From NCBI GenBank assembly GCA_040905125.1, contig JBBDSF010000111.1, positions 13,058 to 77,057 on the forward strand: DNA of 64,000 nt, written 5' to 3'. The translations under genes were made by a program, and so were the position numbers. Of this stretch, positions 61,172-64,000 are shown in pieces (the first letter of the stretch is position 1; each line of letters begins with the position of its first letter). The DNA comes from Pseudomonadales bacterium. Lineage in GTDB: Bacteria; Pseudomonadota; Gammaproteobacteria; Pseudomonadales; Azotimanducaceae. The notes below the pieces were generated by a model. It saw only the letters and a program-made list of their open reading frames with translations. It was not told the origin of the DNA and ran no database searches.

Positions 61172-61961
61172 TCGAGGCGGGTATCTCTATATTGAGCGCC
61201 AGTGGCAAGTGATCGGAATTCACGCTACCTAATGTACGTGCGTTCTGTGTCTTCAGGTGCGGGGATACCAGAATATGGTCCAGTGCCTTCGCAGGTTTCC
61301 AGCTTGGGTACGTGTAATGGCTTAGCGCCGGTGCCACCAGATTCGTTCGACGCAGTGGCGAGTCCTTCAGCAACTGGTTCAGGCTTGCGTTCAGGTCACC
61401 CATGAGAACAACATGCTTGTATTGCATGATGAGTTCTGCGAGGTAGTTAAGTTGCAGCCATCTCGCCCTGCGACTCAATGACAGGTGTGCACCTATGATG
61501 GCAAGCGCGTCCGGCCCATCACCAAACGTCATGACCATCGCTCCGCGGCCCGGAATCGCGCCTGGCAATCGATGGTCCTCTACCTGTGAGGGTACGAAAC
61601 GAGACAGAACACCGTTGCCATGCTGGCCCAGGAGGCCAAGATTTCGATTGCGCTGAGCGTAAGAATAAGGAAAGCGGGCATGATTCGCCAAAAAGTCCAC
61701 CTGATTGACAAATCCGCTACGTAAGCTGCCACCATCAATTTCCTGCAATGCCACCACATCGAACTCGGCAAACAAGTCTGCGATGGAGCGAAGGTTTAAC
61801 TGATGATCGTCACGTGCAATCACGTGTTGCCAACCACGAGTAAAATAGTGGCGATACGCGGTCGTCTGAATTCCTGCCTGAATATTAAAGCTCAATAACC
61901 GGAGGTGACGGACCCTCTGATCTTGCTCGCAGGACGATGGCGCAACCTCTTCGCGAAGCAT
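61161..61961 (-). CDS. Endonuclease/exonuclease/phosphatase (EEP) family protein
   Basis: LLSFNIQ, ALQEID, GDLN and SDHLPL motifs. Confidence 0.78.
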   Translation of the reverse strand: MLREEVAPSSCEQDQRVRHLRLLSFNIQAGIQTTAYRHYFTRGWQHVIARDDHQLNLRSIADLFAEFDVVALQEIDGGSLRSGFVNQVDFLANHARFPYSYAQRNRNLGLLGQHGNGVLSRFVPSQVEDHRLPGAIPGRGAMVMTFGDGPDALAIIGAHLSLSRRARWLQLNYLAELIMQYKHVVLMGDLNASLNQLLKDSPLRRTNLVAPALSHYTYPSWKPAKALDHILVSPHLKTQNARTLGSVNSDHLPLALNIEIPASIMI

Positions 61962-61969
61962 AGTGCTCG

Positions 61970-62617
61970 CTATTCGCTGGCCGCTAGGGCCTGCCTCTCT
62001 CGGGAAATTAGATATTCAGCCACCTCCAGCATTTCCGGATTACTCCCTGCCATACTGCCTTCAATTCGATACTTGCCATTGACGATAATAGCGGGCACAC
62101 CGGAAGCCCGGTAGGCACGTCCTCTGGCCTGCGCCTGTTGGACGGCTGCTCTCACGCCGAAGGAGCTGAAAACCTTGGCAAAGTCGTTCGGATCGACACC
62201 GAATTCAGAAAAGAAGGACGCACTGCGTTTGGGATCATTGAGCCTCATACCTTGCGCGTGGATAGCTTGAAACAACGGTGTATGAATTTCCTCAAGAACT
62301 TCCAATGCTTCGGCCGTGTAATAAATCTGCGCGTACAGCTTATAGTCCTGGTTCCAGACCGCGGGAGATCGACGAAATTCAACGTCGGCTGGCAGCTCTG
62401 TCTTCCACTTGGATATCATCGGATCGAACCGGTAACAATGCGGGCACCCATAGGAAAAGTATTCCGTCACCACCACCTTGTCTGATTCCCTGGTATTCAC
62501 AGGGGTATTCAATCGCTCGTAGTGAGTGCCCTCTTGATACTCGAATGGCGCAGCCTGGAGTCCGGCTGCTGATATCCAGACGATTAATCCAAGAAAAATA
62601 AAGCCAGCCTTTTTCAT
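61970..62617 (-). CDS. dsbA: Thiol:disulfide interchange protein DsbA
   Basis: Signal peptide, FFSYGCPHCYRF active site and a cis-Pro region (GVPAIIVNG). Confidence 0.9.
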   Translation of the reverse strand: MKKAGFIFLGLIVWISAAGLQAAPFEYQEGTHYERLNTPVNTRESDKVVVTEYFSYGCPHCYRFDPMISKWKTELPADVEFRRSPAVWNQDYKLYAQIYYTAEALEVLEEIHTPLFQAIHAQGMRLNDPKRSASFFSEFGVDPNDFAKVFSSFGVRAAVQQAQARGRAYRASGVPAIIVNGKYRIEGSMAGSNPEMLEVAEYLISRERQALAASE

Positions 62618-62708
62618 AAATCACCCGAATGCAAAGTAGTTAGGAACATTTTAGACCCATCGGTGTATGCCGGGTTCCCCAACAAATTATTTGAGAGTCT
62701 ATCTGGAA

Positions 62709-63311
62709 TCAATACAGGCCGTGTAAGTAACTGGATACCGCCTCAATTTCCTCGTCGCTCATATCCATTGCAATACTACGCATCATACGTCCATCACCAT
62801 CATTGGTGCGTTCGCCTGTACGAAATGCCTTGAGCTGCTTTTCCAGGTATTCGGGCCACTGTCCGGCCAGGGCGGGAAACGCCGCCGGATTATTACCCTC
62901 GCCCTGTGGCAAATGGCAGGCGGTACAGGCCGCGATATTCTTGCGCGGAATCCCGACTCTGTAAATCTTCTCCCCGAGTTCCACCAGGTCTTCCCTCGCA
63001 GCACCTCTGTCAGGCTCCTGCATGGCGTAAAAGGCGGCAATATCTTCAAAATCCTGCCGGTCCAGGTTATTCAAAAGGCCGGTCATCTGCGGGGAATCGC
63101 GTTCACCACTTTTGATATCGACAAGCTGCTTGACGATATATTTGGGATTTTGGCCGGCAAGATCCGGGAATGCGCCGGCGGGGCTATTACCGTCAGCCCC
63201 GTGGCAGGCGTTGCATGTCGCAATCAATGTCTCGCCTCTATCGGCGTCGCCCTCGGCCAATGCTGTCGCCGCCGCAATTGAAATTAGTAATCCGATCAGT
63301 ACTCTCGCCAT
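62709..63311 (-). CDS. cc4: Dihaem cytochrome c4
   Basis: Signal peptide and two CxxCH motifs (CNACHG, CTACHL), each with a downstream Met region. The position next to dsbA and divergent from engB matches Pseudomonas. Confidence 0.85.
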   Translation of the reverse strand: MARVLIGLLISIAAATALAEGDADRGETLIATCNACHGADGNSPAGAFPDLAGQNPKYIVKQLVDIKSGERDSPQMTGLLNNLDRQDFEDIAAFYAMQEPDRGAAREDLVELGEKIYRVGIPRKNIAACTACHLPQGEGNNPAAFPALAGQWPEYLEKQLKAFRTGERTNDGDGRMMRSIAMDMSDEEIEAVSSYLHGLY

Positions 63312-63402
63312 GCCTTAGTCGTCCTGGGTTGCAAATTCGATTGAGTAGTCTGCCTGCTGACAGTGCTAAAATGGGCGGTCATTATATAACAAACTATCCG
63401 CC

Positions 63403-64000
63403 ATGACTTCCCGCTTACCCGATTCCGTCAATTTTCAACAGTCCAGCTTTGTCACCAGTGCTTCGACCCTGAAGCAATGTCCGCCGGATGAGGGTATCGA
63501 GGTGGCCATTTGCGGACGCTCGAACGCCGGCAAGTCCAGCGCAATCAATTATCTCACAGGTAATCGTAAGCTTGCCCGGACCAGTAAAACGCCAGGGCGG
63601 ACCCAGTTGCTGAATTTTTTCCAGGTAATAGACGATTTCAGACTGGTCGACCTGCCCGGTTACGGTTACGCGAAGGTACCCAACGCCGTAAAGGACAAGT
63701 GGCATCAGCAGATAGATGCGTATCTGCGGGAACGGGAATCCCTGATCGGCCTGATCCTGGTGATGGATATTCGCCATCCCCTCAAGGAGTTCGATCTCAT
63801 GATGATCGACTGGATTCAACACGCCGACCTGGCCATGCACATTCTGTTGACCAAGTGCGACAAGTTAAAGCGAGGTACGCGCAAGTCAGCCTTGCGGGAG
63901 GTACAAAATTCTCTGCCGCCTTCCATCACCGTGCAGCTGTTTTCAGCCACCGAAGAGATGGGTCGGGAAGATCTGATCAAGGTTATCGCGAAATGGATTG
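63403..64000 (+). CDS. engB: Ribosome-biogenesis GTPase EngB/YihA (C-terminus may run off the right edge)
   Basis: My own translation from the ATG at 63403: ...GRSNAGKSSAIN (G1), RTSKTPGRTQ, DLPGYGYA (G3) and TKCDK (G4). No stop before position 64000. Confidence 0.9.
   Translation, partial: MTSRLPDSVNFQQSSFVTSASTLKQCPPDEGIEVAICGRSNAGKSSAINYLTGNRKLARTSKTPGRTQLLNFFQVIDDFRLVDLPGYGYAKVPNAVKDKWHQQIDAYLRERESLIGLILVMDIRHPLKEFDLMMIDWIQHADLAMHILLTKCDKLKRGTRKSALREVQNSLPPSITVQLFSATEEMGREDLIKVIAKWI

Overview
The window reads as a gene-dense, mostly housekeeping chromosomal segment of a marine-type gammaproteobacterium. Gene order resembles Pseudomonas/Cellvibrionales: argH <> algZ-algR-hemCDXY, lptM-lysA-dapF-yigA-xerC-yigB, cytochrome c4-dsbA <> engB, and trxA-rho. 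I call 61 protein-coding features, two of them truncated at the window edges and one a gene remnant. By eye I found no tRNA, rRNA, CRISPR array, transposase, phage gene or recognisable defence system. XerC is the only recombinase and it sits in its conserved housekeeping context.

I do not see a clear novel multi-gene system, and most of the window is ordinary. The observations most worth a second look are:
- A near-perfect sigma54 promoter plus a triple direct repeat in front of a pstSCAB-like operon that has no recognisable Pho box.
- A near-consensus LexA/SOS box inside a 77-nt inverted repeat, in an unusually long noncoding spacer upstream of an rpoD that is not preceded by dnaG.
- A split ACAD10/11-like kinase + acyl-CoA dehydrogenase pair next to fadE.
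- A textbook NtrC/sigma54 region driving porin-glnK, with no amtB and with thrC 21 nt downstream.
- A tightly spaced ppnN-GMC oxidoreductase-D-aminoacylase-haem c (DUF3365) gene string.
- An IMP dehydrogenase of the Tritrichomonas/Bacteroidetes type rather than the canonical gammaproteobacterial type.
- An EAL-domain C-terminal remnant.
- Convergent genes that routinely overlap or abut, leaving no room for terminators.

All functional calls come from motif recognition and remembered family sequences. No database search was run.
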